DNA of 64,000 bases from Squalus acanthias. Its lineage: Eukaryota. The notes beneath the pieces were generated by a model. The model ran no database searches and was not told the origin of the DNA. It saw only the letters and a program-made list of their open reading frames with translations. The stretch lies in NCBI GenBank assembly GCA_030390025.1, contig CM059431.1, positions 158,598,001 through 158,662,000 of the forward strand, in the 5' to 3' direction. Positions 37,621-49,500 of the stretch are shown here, piece by piece; position 1 is the stretch's first letter; each line of letters begins with the position of its first letter. Made by a program: the position numbers and the translations under genes.

Positions 37621-39330
37621 GCCGAGAAGAGGCTACGTGGTCGCGCGACCAATTGTCGTTTGAACAAGATTGGAAAGGATATTCGAGCGGCTATCGGCAC
37701 ATGTTGCCGATGACTCGAGCTAGATTCGCAATCCAACTTGCAAACACTCTCGCACATTCCTTTCGCTATTCACTGCTTTGTCATTCAGTTTTTGGCCGCC
37801 TGCTTGATCTCGGAGTTATAAGGAAATATATGCTCAAAAATTGTCTTGCTGGGGTCATATAGTCATAGAGTCATAGAGTTATACAGCAGAGATAGAGGCC
37901 CTTAGGCCCATCGTGTCCGCGCCGGCAATTAAGACACATCTCTTCTAATCCAATTTTCCAGCACTTGGTCCGTAGCCTTGTAGACTATGGCATTTTAAGT
38001 GCTCATCTAAATGCTTCTTGAATGTTGTGAGGTTTTCTGCCTCTACCACCCTTTCAGGCAGTGAGTTCCAGATTCCAACCACCCTCTGGGGGGAAAAGAT
38101 TTTCCTCAAATCCCCGCTAACAAGACTGCCCCTTACATTGAAACTATGCCCCCTGGTTATAGACCCTTCTACTAAGGGGAAAAGTTCCTTTCTATCTACC
38201 CTATCTATGCTCCTCATAATTTTGTGCACCTCAATCAGGTCCCCCCTGAGCCTTCACTGCTCTAAGGATAACAACCCCAGCCTGTCCAGTCTCTTTGCAT
38301 AGCTGAAGCGCTCCAGCCCAGGTGACGTCCTGTTGAATCTCCTCTGCACCCTCTCCAATGCATCACATCATTCCTATAGTGTAGCGAACAGAACTGCACA
38401 CAGTATTCCAGCTGTGATCTAACTAGCGTTTTGTAAAGCTCCATCATAACCTCCCTGCTCTTATATTCTAAGCCTCGCCTAAAGAAGGCAAATATACCAT
38501 ATGCCTTTTTAACGACGTTATCTACTTGTCTTGCTGCCTTCAGGGATCTATGTACATGCACACCAAGATCCCACTGATCCTCTGTCATTCCTAGCGTCCT
38601 ACGATTCATTGTGTATTCCCTCGCCTTGTTAGTCCTCCCAAAATGCATCACCTCACACTTTTCAGTGTTAAATTCCATTTGCCAATGTTCTGACCATCTG
38701 AACAACCCGTCTATATCGTCCTGTAGCCTGAGGCTTCACTCCTCGCTGTTTACCACACCACCAATTTTCGTGTCATCTGCGAGCTTACTGATCATACCTC
38801 CTACATTCATATCAAATTAATTAATGCACACTACAAACAGTAAAGGAGACAGCACCGATCCCTGTGGTACACCACTGGACACAGGCTTCCAGTCGCAAAA
38901 ATAACCTTCGTCCATCACCATCTGCCTCCTGCCACTAAGCCAATTTTGGAGCCAATGTGCCAAATTTCCCTAGATCCCATGGGCTCTTCCCTTCTTGACC
39001 AGTCTCCCACGCTGGACTTTGTCAAAAGCCTTACTGAAGTACATGTAGACTACATCAACTGCACTACCCTCATCCACGCACCAAGTCACCCCCTTGAAAA
39101 AATCAATCAAATTGGTTAGACATGATCTCCTCCTGACAAAGCCATACTGACTATCCTTGATTAATCCTTGCCTATCCAAGAGGAGACTAATTCGTCTCTC
39201 AAATGTTTTTTTTCCAATAATTTCCCTACCACTGATGTTAGGCTCACTGGCATGTAATTCCCTGGTTTATCCCTATTACCCTTCTTGAATAATGGTACTA
39301 CGTTAGCTGTACTCCAGTCCCCTGTCACTT

Positions 39331-39370
39331 CACCTGAGGAAGGAGCAATCGATAGCTCCGAAAGCTTGTG
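39331..39370 (+). ncRNA. Minimal type I hammerhead ribozyme motif with intact core
   Basis: cac-CTGAGGA-a-ggagc-aatcgata-gctcc-GAAA-gctt-gtg. Stem I is cac/gtg, stem II is ggagc/gctcc, and helix III is the palindrome AAGCTT. Confidence 0.8.
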
Positions 39371-40469
39371 ATTTCAAATAAAACTGTTGGACTATAACCT
39401 GGTGTTGTGCGACCTCTCAATTACATCCCCTGTGGACGGAGAGGATGTGAAAATGTGTGTCAAGAGGCTCTGTAATCTCCTCCCTTGCCTCACACAGCAG
39501 TCTGGGATAGATCTGGTCTGTGCCTGGGGATTTATCCATTTTATGCTCGCTAAAACCTCTAGTAACTCCTCCCACTCAATACTAATTTGTTCAAATATAT
39601 CATAAACCCCTGCCTGATTTATATGCCTACATCGTCCATCTCCAAAGTGAACACAGATGCAAAACATTCATTTGAAACCTCACCCACATCTTCCAGCTCT
39701 ACAAACAGATTGCTACTTTGGTACCTAATGGGCCCTACTCTTTCTCTGGCTGTCCTCTTGCCCTTAATATACTTTTAAAACACCTGGAATTTTCCTTTAT
39801 TTTGCCCGCCAGTGTTTTTTCATGCCCCCTCTTCGCTTCTTAGTTCTTTTTTAAGTACCCCCCTGCACGTTCTATACTCCTCTAGGGGTTCCACTGTTTT
39901 AAGTCCTTTGTATCTGCCAAAAGCCTCCCTTTTTTTCCAAATTAATTCTTGTATGTCCCTTGACATGCAGGGTTCCCTGGGCTTGTTGGTCCCACCCTTG
40001 ACCTTTACGGGAACATGTTGGCGCTGTACTCTATCTATTTCCTATCTGAAAGACTCCCACTGCTCTGATGTGCATTTTCCTACAAGCAGCTGATCCCAGT
40101 CCACTTTGGCCAGATCCTGCCTTATCATTTTAAAAGCGGCCTTCCCCCAATGTAGAACCTTTATTTCCGGTCCATCTTTGTCCTCTACCAAGACTACCTT
40201 AAATCTCACCGAATTGAGCTCACTGTCACCGAAATGCTCTCCTACTGACGCTTCTGCCACTTGCCCGGCTACATTCACTGGAATTATGTCCAGTACCGTC
40301 CCGTCTCTTGTAGGGCTTTCTACATGTTGGCTGAAATAGCTCTCCTGGATGCAATTTAAGAATTCCGCACCTTCTAAGCCTTTCACCCTCTGACTATCCC
40401 AGTTAATATTGGGGAAGTTGAAATCCCCTACTATTATTACCCTATTATTTCTATACTTCTCTGAGATTT

Positions 40470-43400
40470 CTGTGAGCGTCGGATGCAGTTTCAGCGGTGG
40501 CAGTGGGCATATAAAAGGCTCCAGAGACAGGTAAGGCCTCAGAGCGTCGGCGGGAGTTTTAGCGGCGGCAGTGGGCCTATAAAAGTCTCCAGAGACCAGG
40601 TAAGGCGTACCAGTCTCCGAACTCGGAGGGCAAAATAATCGAAGTTTAACGTCACCAAAAAGCAGGTAAGTGATCGTTGGTGAGTATTTCTCTCTTTTTA
40701 ATCTTAAATTCTGTGGTGTTAAATTTCTAGGGTATCTGTGGTGTAGTGGGTACAGTTGGTAAATAAAGCGCCCTAGAGTATATTTTTAACTGGGGTATTG
40801 AATACATTTTTAATTTAATTAAAGGAGTAGGTCATGGCAGGTGGGATCAGCCCCGTGTTATGCTCCTCTTGCTCCATGTGGGAATTCAGGGACGCTGCCA
40901 GTGTCCATGGGGACCGTGTGTGCGAGAAATGCATCCAGCTGCAGCTACTTGTAGACCGCATTGCGGCGCTCGAGCTGCGGGTGGATGAGTTTTGGAGCAT
41001 ACGTGATGCTGAGAGGGTCGTGGACAGCACGTTTAGCGAGTTGGTCACGCCGCAGGGTAGGGCTGCACAGTCAGAAGGGAAATGGGTGACCATCAGGCGG
41101 AGCAGCAGAGGCAGGCAGGTAGTACAGGGGACCCCTGCGGTCATCCCCCTTTCAAACAGGTATACCGATTTGGATACTGTTGAGGGGGATGACTCACAAG
41201 GGGAGAGCAGCAGCAGCTAACTTCCTGGCACCAGGGTTGCTTCTGCTGCTCAGAAAGGGAAGAAAAAGAGTGGGAGAGCAATAGTGGTAGGGGATTCTAC
41301 CGTAAGTAGAACAGATGGGCGTTTTTGTGGCCGTAAACGTGACTCCAGGATGGTTTTTTGCCTCCCTGGGGAAAGGGTCATGGATGTCAATGAGCGGCTA
41401 CAGGGCATTCTTAAGGGGGAGGGTGAGCAGGCAGAGGTCGTGGTTCACATTGGGACCAACGACATAGGGAGGAAGGGTGATGAGGTCCTGCATCAAGAAT
41501 TTAGTGAGCTAGGCAGCTGATTAAAGAGCAGGACCTCAAAGGTTGTAATCTCTGGATTAATCCCAGTGCCACGTGCTAGTCAGTATAGGAATAGGAGGAT
41601 AGAACAGATGAATGCGTGGCTAAAGAGTTGGTGCAGGAGGGAGGGTTTTAGTTTCCTGGATCACTGGACCTGCTTCTGGGGAAGGTGGGACTTGTACAAG
41701 TCGGACGGTTTGCACCTGAACCAGAGCGGGACAAATATCCTTGCGGGGAGGTTTGCTAGCTCTCTTGGGTGGGGGGGGGGGGGGGGTTAAACTAATTTGG
41801 ATGGGGGCTGGGATAAAGAGTGGAGCTACAATAGGGGGTGATGTACAGTCAAATATAGAGAAAAAGACAAGTCAGCTTGGAAGACAGGGCAAACATGTAA
41901 GAGCAAGGCTGGAAGGCATTTATTTTAATGCAAGGAGTCTAGCGAATAAGGTGGATGAACTGAAGGTGTTGATAAATACATGGGAGTATGATGTTGTTGC
42001 TATCACGGAGACATGGTTGAGGGAGGGGCAAGACTGGCAGCTCAATATTCCGGTGTACAGAATCTTCAGCCGAGACAGAGGGGGAGGTATAAGAGGAGTG
42101 GGTGTCGCAATATTAATTAAGGAATCAATTACTGCCATAAGGTGGGATGATACATTAGCAAGTTCCTTCAATGAGGCTATATGGGTGAAGCTTAAAAACA
42201 AAAAGGGGGCAAGCCCTTTGCTGGGAGCGTACTATAGGCCCCCAAACAGTCAGGGTGAGATAGAGGAACAGATATGTACGCAAATCTCAGAGAAATGTGC
42301 AAATAATAGGGAAATAATAATGGGGGATTTCAACTACCCCAATATTAACTGGGATAGTCAGAGTGTGAAAGGCTTAGAGGGTTCAAAATTCTTAAAGTGC
42401 ATCCAGGAGAGCTTTTTTGAGCCAGCATGTAGAAATTCCTACAAGAGAGGGGGCGGTACTGGACCTAATTATAGGGAATGTGGCCGGCCAAGTGGAAGAA
42501 GTGCTAGCTGGTGAGCACTTTGGTGACAGTGACCATAATACGGTGAGAATTAAGGTGGTCATGGAAAAGCCAGGGATGGGCCGGAAATAAAGGTTCTCAA
42601 TTGGGGGAATGCCGATTTTAATAGGATAAGGCAGGATCTGGACAAAATGGACTGGGATCAGCTGCTTGTAGGAAAATCCGCATCGGAGCAATGGGATTCT
42701 TTCAGAAGGGAGGTTGAGATCATACAATGGCAGCATGTTCCCGTAAAGGTCAAGGGTGGTTCCAAAAACACCAGGGAACCTTGGATGTCAGGGGATATAC
42801 GAGAATGGATCAGGAAAAAAAGGAGGGCTTTTGGCAGATACAAAATGCTAAAGATGGAGGAAGCCCTAGAGGAGTACAAAAAGTGCAGGGGGATACTTAA
42901 AAAAGAAATTAGGAGATCAAGGAGGGGCCATGAAATAACACTGGCGAGCAAAATAAAGGATAATCCTAAGATGTTTTATAAGTATATAAAGGGTAAGAGG
43001 ATAACTAGGGAAAAATAGGGCCCATCAGTGACAAAAGTGGCAATCTGTGTGTGGAGCCGGAAGATGTAGGTGGGGTTCTAAATGATTTTTTTGCATCTGT
43101 TTTCACTATGGAGAAGGACGATGCAGACATATAATTAGGGCAGGGTGACTGTGATTTACTCGAACAATTTAACATCTAGAGGGAGGAGGTATTTGCGGTT
43201 TTAGCAGGTCTAAAAACGGATAAATCCCCAGGTCCGGACTAAATGTATCCCAGGCTGCTGTGTGAGGCAAAGGAGGAGATTGCGGGGGCTCTAACACATA
43301 TATTAAGAACCTCTCTGGCCACAGGGGATGTGCCAGAGGACTGGAGAACCGCTAATGTAGTACCATTATTCAAGAAAGGGAGTAGGGAAAAAACGGGGAA

Positions 43401-44790
43401 CTACAGGCCAGTGAGCCTAACATCAGTGGTAGGAAAATTATTGGAAAAAATTCTGAGGGACAGAATGAGTCTCCACTTGGAGAGGCAAGGATTTATCAGG
43501 TTTAGCAAACATGGCTTTGTCAAGGGAAGATCATGTCTGACTAATTTGATTGTATTTTTTGAGAGGGTGACTAGGTGTGTGGATGAGGGTAACGCAGTGG
43601 ATGTGGTATACATGGATTTCAGTAAGGCCTTCGATAAAGTCCCGTACAGGAGATTGGTCAAGAAGGTAAGAGCCCATGGAATCCAGGGTGCCTTGGCACA
43701 TTGGATACAAAACTGGCTCAGTGGCAGAAGGCAGAGGGTGATGGTCGAAGGTTGTTATTGTGACTGGAAGCCTGTGGCCAGTGGGGTACCACAGGGATCG
43801 GTGCTGGGTCCCTTGCTGTTTGTGGTCTACATTAACGACTTGGATATGAAAGTAAAAGGTATGATCAGTAAGTTCGCGGATGATACAAAAATTGGTAGGG
43901 TGGTATATAGCGAGGAGGGTAGCCTCAGTCTGCAGGACGATATAGATGGGTTGGTCAGATGGGCGGCACAGTGGCAAATGGAATTTAATCCGGAAAAGTG
44001 CGAGGTGATGCACTTTGGAGGGACTAACAAGGCAAGGGAATATAAAGTGAATTATAAGACCCTAGGCAAGACGGAGGGTCAGAGGGATCTTGGTGTGCAA
44101 GTACACAGATCCCTGAAGGCGGCGGAACAGGTGGATAATGTGTTAAAAAAGGCATATGGGATACTTGCCTTCCTTAGCCGAGGCATAGAATATAAGAGCA
44201 AGGAGGTTATGATGGAGCTGTATAAAACACTGGTTAGGCCACATCTGGAATACTGTGTGCAGTTCTGGTCGCCACACTACAGGAAGGATGTGTTCGCTTT
44301 GGAGAGTGTGCAGAGGAGATTCACCAGAATGTTACCCGGGCTAGAGTGCTTCAGCTATGAAGAGAGACTGGGCAGATTGGGTTTGTTTTCCTTGGAGTAG
44401 AGGAGGCTGAGGGGGGACATGATTAAGGTGTGCAAAATTATGAGGGGCATAGATAGGATGGATACTAAGGAGCTTTTTCCCTTAGCAGAGGGGTCTATAA
44501 CAAGGCGGCATAGATTCAAGGTAAAGGGCGGGAGGTTTAGAAGGGATTTGAGAAATAACTTTTTCACCCAGATTATGGCTGGAGTCTGGAACTCACTGCC
44601 TGAAAGGGTTGTGGAGGCAGGAACCCTCACAACATTCAAGAAGCATTTGGATGAGCACTTGAAATGCCATAGCATACAAGGCTACGGATCAAATGCTGGA
44701 ATATGGGATTAGATTAGACAGGTCTTGATGGCCGGCGCGGACTCGATGGGCCGAAGGGCCTCTATCCGTGCTGTATAACCTTCTGACCCT
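40470..44790 (+). mobile_element. Near full-length CR1 LINE (ORF1 zinc finger/esterase + ORF2), nested
   Basis: ORF1 40834-41790 has CSSCSMW..C..C, VGDS, VHIGTND and DGLH. ORF2 ~41900-44712 includes the 385-aa RT ORF 43243-44400. Confidence 0.94.
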
Positions 44791-46199
44791 ATTTGTCTGC
44801 ATATCTGTTCCTCTATCTCCCCCTGACTGTTTGGGGGCCTATAGTTCACTCCCAGCCAAGTTCTTGTCCCCTTTTTGTTTTTAAGTTCTACCCATATGGC
44901 CTCATTAGAGGAACCTGCTAAGATATCATCCCTCCTTGCTGCAGTAATTGACTCCTTGATTAATATTGGATTAGTATCGATTACGCCTCCCCCGTAAAAA
45001 TTCCGCGCACCATCCCTGTCCATAAATGTAAAAAATCACTTTTATTATGTTCAGGCAAATCACAGCAAGGTCCCGGTAAAGCAAGGAATGTCAAGATGAT
45101 GAATCGGTGCCTAAGTGGAGAGAGGCGTGAAAAACATTAACAATGTAAATTATAATGTGGGAGTGAAGTATGGGTGGCAGAATAAAAATACATTGAAGCG
45201 GGCACGTACCTGGAAGAAGCAGGTTATGATACGGGAAAAGATGGAGATCGAATTGAGTATGAAGATGATGTTGATGTGCTGGAGTGGGCTGCAAATGACA
45301 AAATAAATGATGAAGAGCGTGACTTTTTGCAGAGCAACTGCAAATGTGCCGGAGAATGAACAGAGCGTCTGATAATCTAGCCATCGGTAAAGCCCTGAAG
45401 CTGTATTTCATTGCAAAGGACGCTTCTTTCTGTATTCTGTATCTAGCACTGATGAATACTGAAACATTTCAATTAGTACCAGACACCAAAAAGTGCTGGA
45501 ACTCTGATTCTTATCTTCAATATTTTTTTTTTATTTACGAGAATTTAGCCGCGGTGCATTTTAATGATCGTTTACAGACCGCAGCGATTCGGAATCAAAG
45601 TTATCCCATTTCCTCACTTATTCGAATCCCATTACATTATGGTAAATCTGAATCCACTGCTGATAGGATTGGCGTTTTTTGTTATGATTATGTTTCAATT
45701 CGTACATGTGTAACACGGATATTGTCGTGTGGGTATTGAATGTTCGAACAAGGATTAGCCGTCTTAACATTCGTCAAAATGCAGGTAATGCACGGATTTA
45801 AATACACTGCCTGAATTAATCACAGAATAACGATGGAGAGTTAAATTAAAATATCTAACGCCACCAGTGATTGCTAAATGCACGTTTAAAAACTAAACTG
45901 ACTTCAAATGACACTTAGATTATTTTATTTAATTTGAGACCGTGCAACTTCAGCTAAGCAGCGTCAGCTGGTGCCAGAAGCGAGCAGGTTTCGCAGTGAA
46001 TTTGTGTAGATTATTTTTAGAAATAGGAAAATATGTTTTTTTAAAAACAGATGTATTTCAGGTGGAGAAAGAGGTAGATGCCCCACACTCTGGAATTCTC
46101 TTAAAAAAAACGGCTCCGCTTCTACAAACGCTGTCATTCCTTGAACGTCTGCATTAAACTCACTTTTTTGACTACACTCTTATATCTTTCATTGGTCCC

Positions 46200-46305
46200 G
46201 GATGTGTATGGGCTTCTGCCTCATTAAAATTTACTTGAGGCGCCTTGGATTATTTACTTATCCACGTTGAATGCGCCATATATGAGCAAGTTGTTATTGT
46301 TGATT
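46200..46305 (+). mobile_element. L2/SINE 3' tail remnant
   Basis: gaggcgccttggat...acgttgaatgcgccatatatgagcaagttgttattgtt resembles an L2-type tail. Confidence 0.45.
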
Positions 46306-46589
46306 GGAAATTGTCTTTCTTTAATAACGCTGTCTCTCACAAACTTCTCCATCCAATCCGTTTGAGATTTGTACTCAGGTAATTCAATTGTGGAATTGTT
46401 AACGCTGCAATCATGTTTTAGCTACATTATTGGCGATTGTGAGAATAATTTATATTGATATCAATAACTATTACCCAAATGTTGTTTTCCGATACGTGGT
46501 TTATTGATATTCATAAAGTTTAGTGAGTGCCATTGGCTGCACAAGATTTCAACTTTTTGCTGCCGTATCCCAATTTACTTTTCTGTGTG

Positions 46590-49500
46590 AGAAAGAAAGA
46601 AAGAAAGAACATAAGAAATAAGAGCAGGAGTAGGCCATTCGGCCCCTCGAGCCTGCACCGCCATTCAATGAGATCATGGCTGATCAGATCTTGGCCTCAA
46701 CGCCACTTTCCCGCCCGATCCCCATAACCGTTGATACCCCTGTAACTCAACTATAACTAAAAGGAGTCAGTCTGCACCTTGAACATGTCCAATGACTCCG
46801 CCTCAGCAGCTCTCTGGGGTAGAGAATTCCAAAGATTCACGACCCTCTGAGAGGAAATTCCTCAGCTCCGTTTTAAATGGGAGACCCCTTATCCTGAAAT
46901 TGTGCCCCCTAGTTCCAGGTACCCCCACGAGGGGAGAACTCCTCAGGGCATTTACCCTGTCAAGCCCCCTCAGAATCTTATATGTTTCAATAAGATCACA
47001 TCTCATTCTTCAGAACTCCAATGAGCATAGGCCCAACCTGCTCAACCTTTCTTCAAAAGACAACCCCTTCATAGAGTCATAGAGTTATACAGCACAGAAA
47101 GTGGCCCTTTGCCCATCGTGTCCATTCCGGCCATCAAGCCCTGTCTATTCTACTCCCATGTTACAGCACTTGGTCCGTAGCCTTGTATGCTATGGCATTT
47201 CAAGTGATCATCTAAATGCTTCTTGAATGTTGTGAGGGTTCCTGCCGCTACCACCCTTTCACACAGTGAGTTCCAGATTCCAAAAACCCTCTGGGTGAAA
47301 AAGTTTTTCCTCAAATCCCCTCTAAACCTCCTGCCCCGTACTTTGAAACTATGCCCCCTGGTTATTGGCCCCTCTATTAAGGCGAAAAGTTACTTTCTAT
47401 CTACCCTATCTATGTCCCTCATAATTTTGCACACCTCAATCAGGTACCCCCTCAGATTTCTCTGCTCAAAGGAAAACAACCCCAGCCTGTCCAGTCTCTC
47501 TTCATAGCTGAAGCGCTGCAGCCCAGGTAACATCCTGGTGAATCTCCTCTGCACCCTCTCCAATGCAATCACATCCTTCTTATAGTGTGGCGATCAGAAC
47601 TGCACACAGTATTCCAGCTGTGGCCTAACCTGCGTTTTGTACAGCTCCATCATAACCTCCCTGCTTTATATTATATGCCTCGGCTAATGAAGGCAAGTAT
47701 CCCATATGCCTTTTTAAGCATCGTATCTACCTCTCCTGCTGCCTTCAGGAATCTATGTACATGCACGCCAAGGTCCCTCTGATCCTCGGTAGTTCCTAGG
47801 GTCCTACCAGTCATTGTGTATTCCCTTGCCTTGTTAGTCCTCCCAAAATGCATCACCTCACACTTTTCAGCGTTAAATTCCATTTGCCACTGTTCTGCCC
47901 ATCTGACCAACCCGTCTATATCGTCATTTAGCCTGAGGCTTCCCTCCTCGCTATTTACCACCCCACCAATTTTCGTGTCATCTGCAGACTTACTGATCAT
48001 ACCTCCTACATTCATATCTAAATCATTAATGTAAACTACAAACAGCAAAGGACTCAGCAGCGATCCCTGTGGTACAGCACTGCACACAGGCCTCCAGTCA
48101 CAAAAACAAACTTCGACCATCACCCGCAGCCTCCTGCCACTAAGCCAATTTTGGATACAATGTGCCAAGTTGCCCTGGATCCCACGGGCTTTTTCCGTCT
48201 TGATCAGTCTCCCATGCGAGACATTGTCAAAAGCCTTACTGAAGTCCATGTAGACCACATCAACTGCACTGCCCTCATCCACAAACTTAGTCACCCCCTC
48301 AAAAAATTCAATCAAATTGTGCAGACATGATCTCCCCCTGACAAAGCCATGCTGGCTATCCTTGATTAATCCTTGCCTCTACAAGTGGAGACTAATTCTG
48401 TCCCTCAGAATTGTTTCCAATAATTTCCCTAGCACTGATGTTAGGCTCACTTTCCTGTAATTCCCTGGTTTATCCCTACTACCCTTCTTGAATAATGGTA
48501 CTACGTTAGATGTCCTCCAGTCCTCTGGCACCTCCCCTGTGGCCAGAGAAGTTCTGAAAATTTTTGTCAGAGCCTCTGCAATCTCCTCCCTTGCCTCACA
48601 CAGCAGCCTGGGATACATCTCGTCTGGCCCTGGGGATTTATCCACTCTTAAGCCTGCTAAAACCGCTAGTACGTCCTCCCTCTCAATACTAATTTGTTCA
48701 AGTATATCACAATCCCCCTGCCTGATTACTATGCCTACATCGTCCTTCTCCATATTGAACACAGATGCAAAATATTCATTTAAAACCCCAACTACATCAT
48801 CTGGCTCTACACACAGGTTTCCACTTTGGTCCCTAATGGGCCCTTCTCTTTCCCTGGTTATCCTCTTGCCCTTAATATAATTATAAAACAAATTGGGATT
48901 TTCCTTTATTTTGACCGCCAGTGTTATTTCATGCCCCCTCTTCGCTCTCCTAATTTATTTTTAAGTACCCCCCTGCACTTTCTATACTCCTCCAGGGCTT
49001 CCACTGTTTTCAGTCCTTTGTATCTGCCAAAAGCCTCCTTTTTTTTCCTAATCCATTCTCGTATATCCCTTGACATCCAGGTTTCCCTGGGCGTGTTGGT
49101 CCCACCCTTGACCTTTACGGGAACATGTTGCCGTTATACTCTCTCTATTTCCTTTCTGAAAAACTCCCACTGCTCTGATGTGGATTTTCCTACAAGCAGC
49201 TGATCCCAGACCAATTTGGCCAGTACCTGCCTTATCATGTTAAAATCGGACTTCCCCAATTTAGAAACTTTATTTCCGGTCCATCTTTGTCTTTTTCCAT
49301 GAATACCTTAAATCTCACTGAATTATGGTCACTGTCACCAAAATGCTCTCCTACTAACACTTCTAGCATTTGCCCGGCTACATTCCCTAGAATTATGTCC
49401 AGTACCGCCCCCTCTCCTTTAGCACTTTCTACATGCCGGTTCAAAAAACTCTGCTGGATGCACTTTAAGAATTCGGCACCCTCTAAGCCTTTCACACTCT

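Larger units (their letters stand above)
37861..44967 (-). mobile_element. CR1 LINE (37861-40469 + 44790-44967) interrupted by a same-family element in opposite orientation
   Basis: Tail is agtcatagagtcatagag at 37861. The sequence broken at ctgagattt (~40469) resumes at atttgtctgc (~44791), and this junction is contiguous in the sibling at 49570. Confidence 0.9.
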
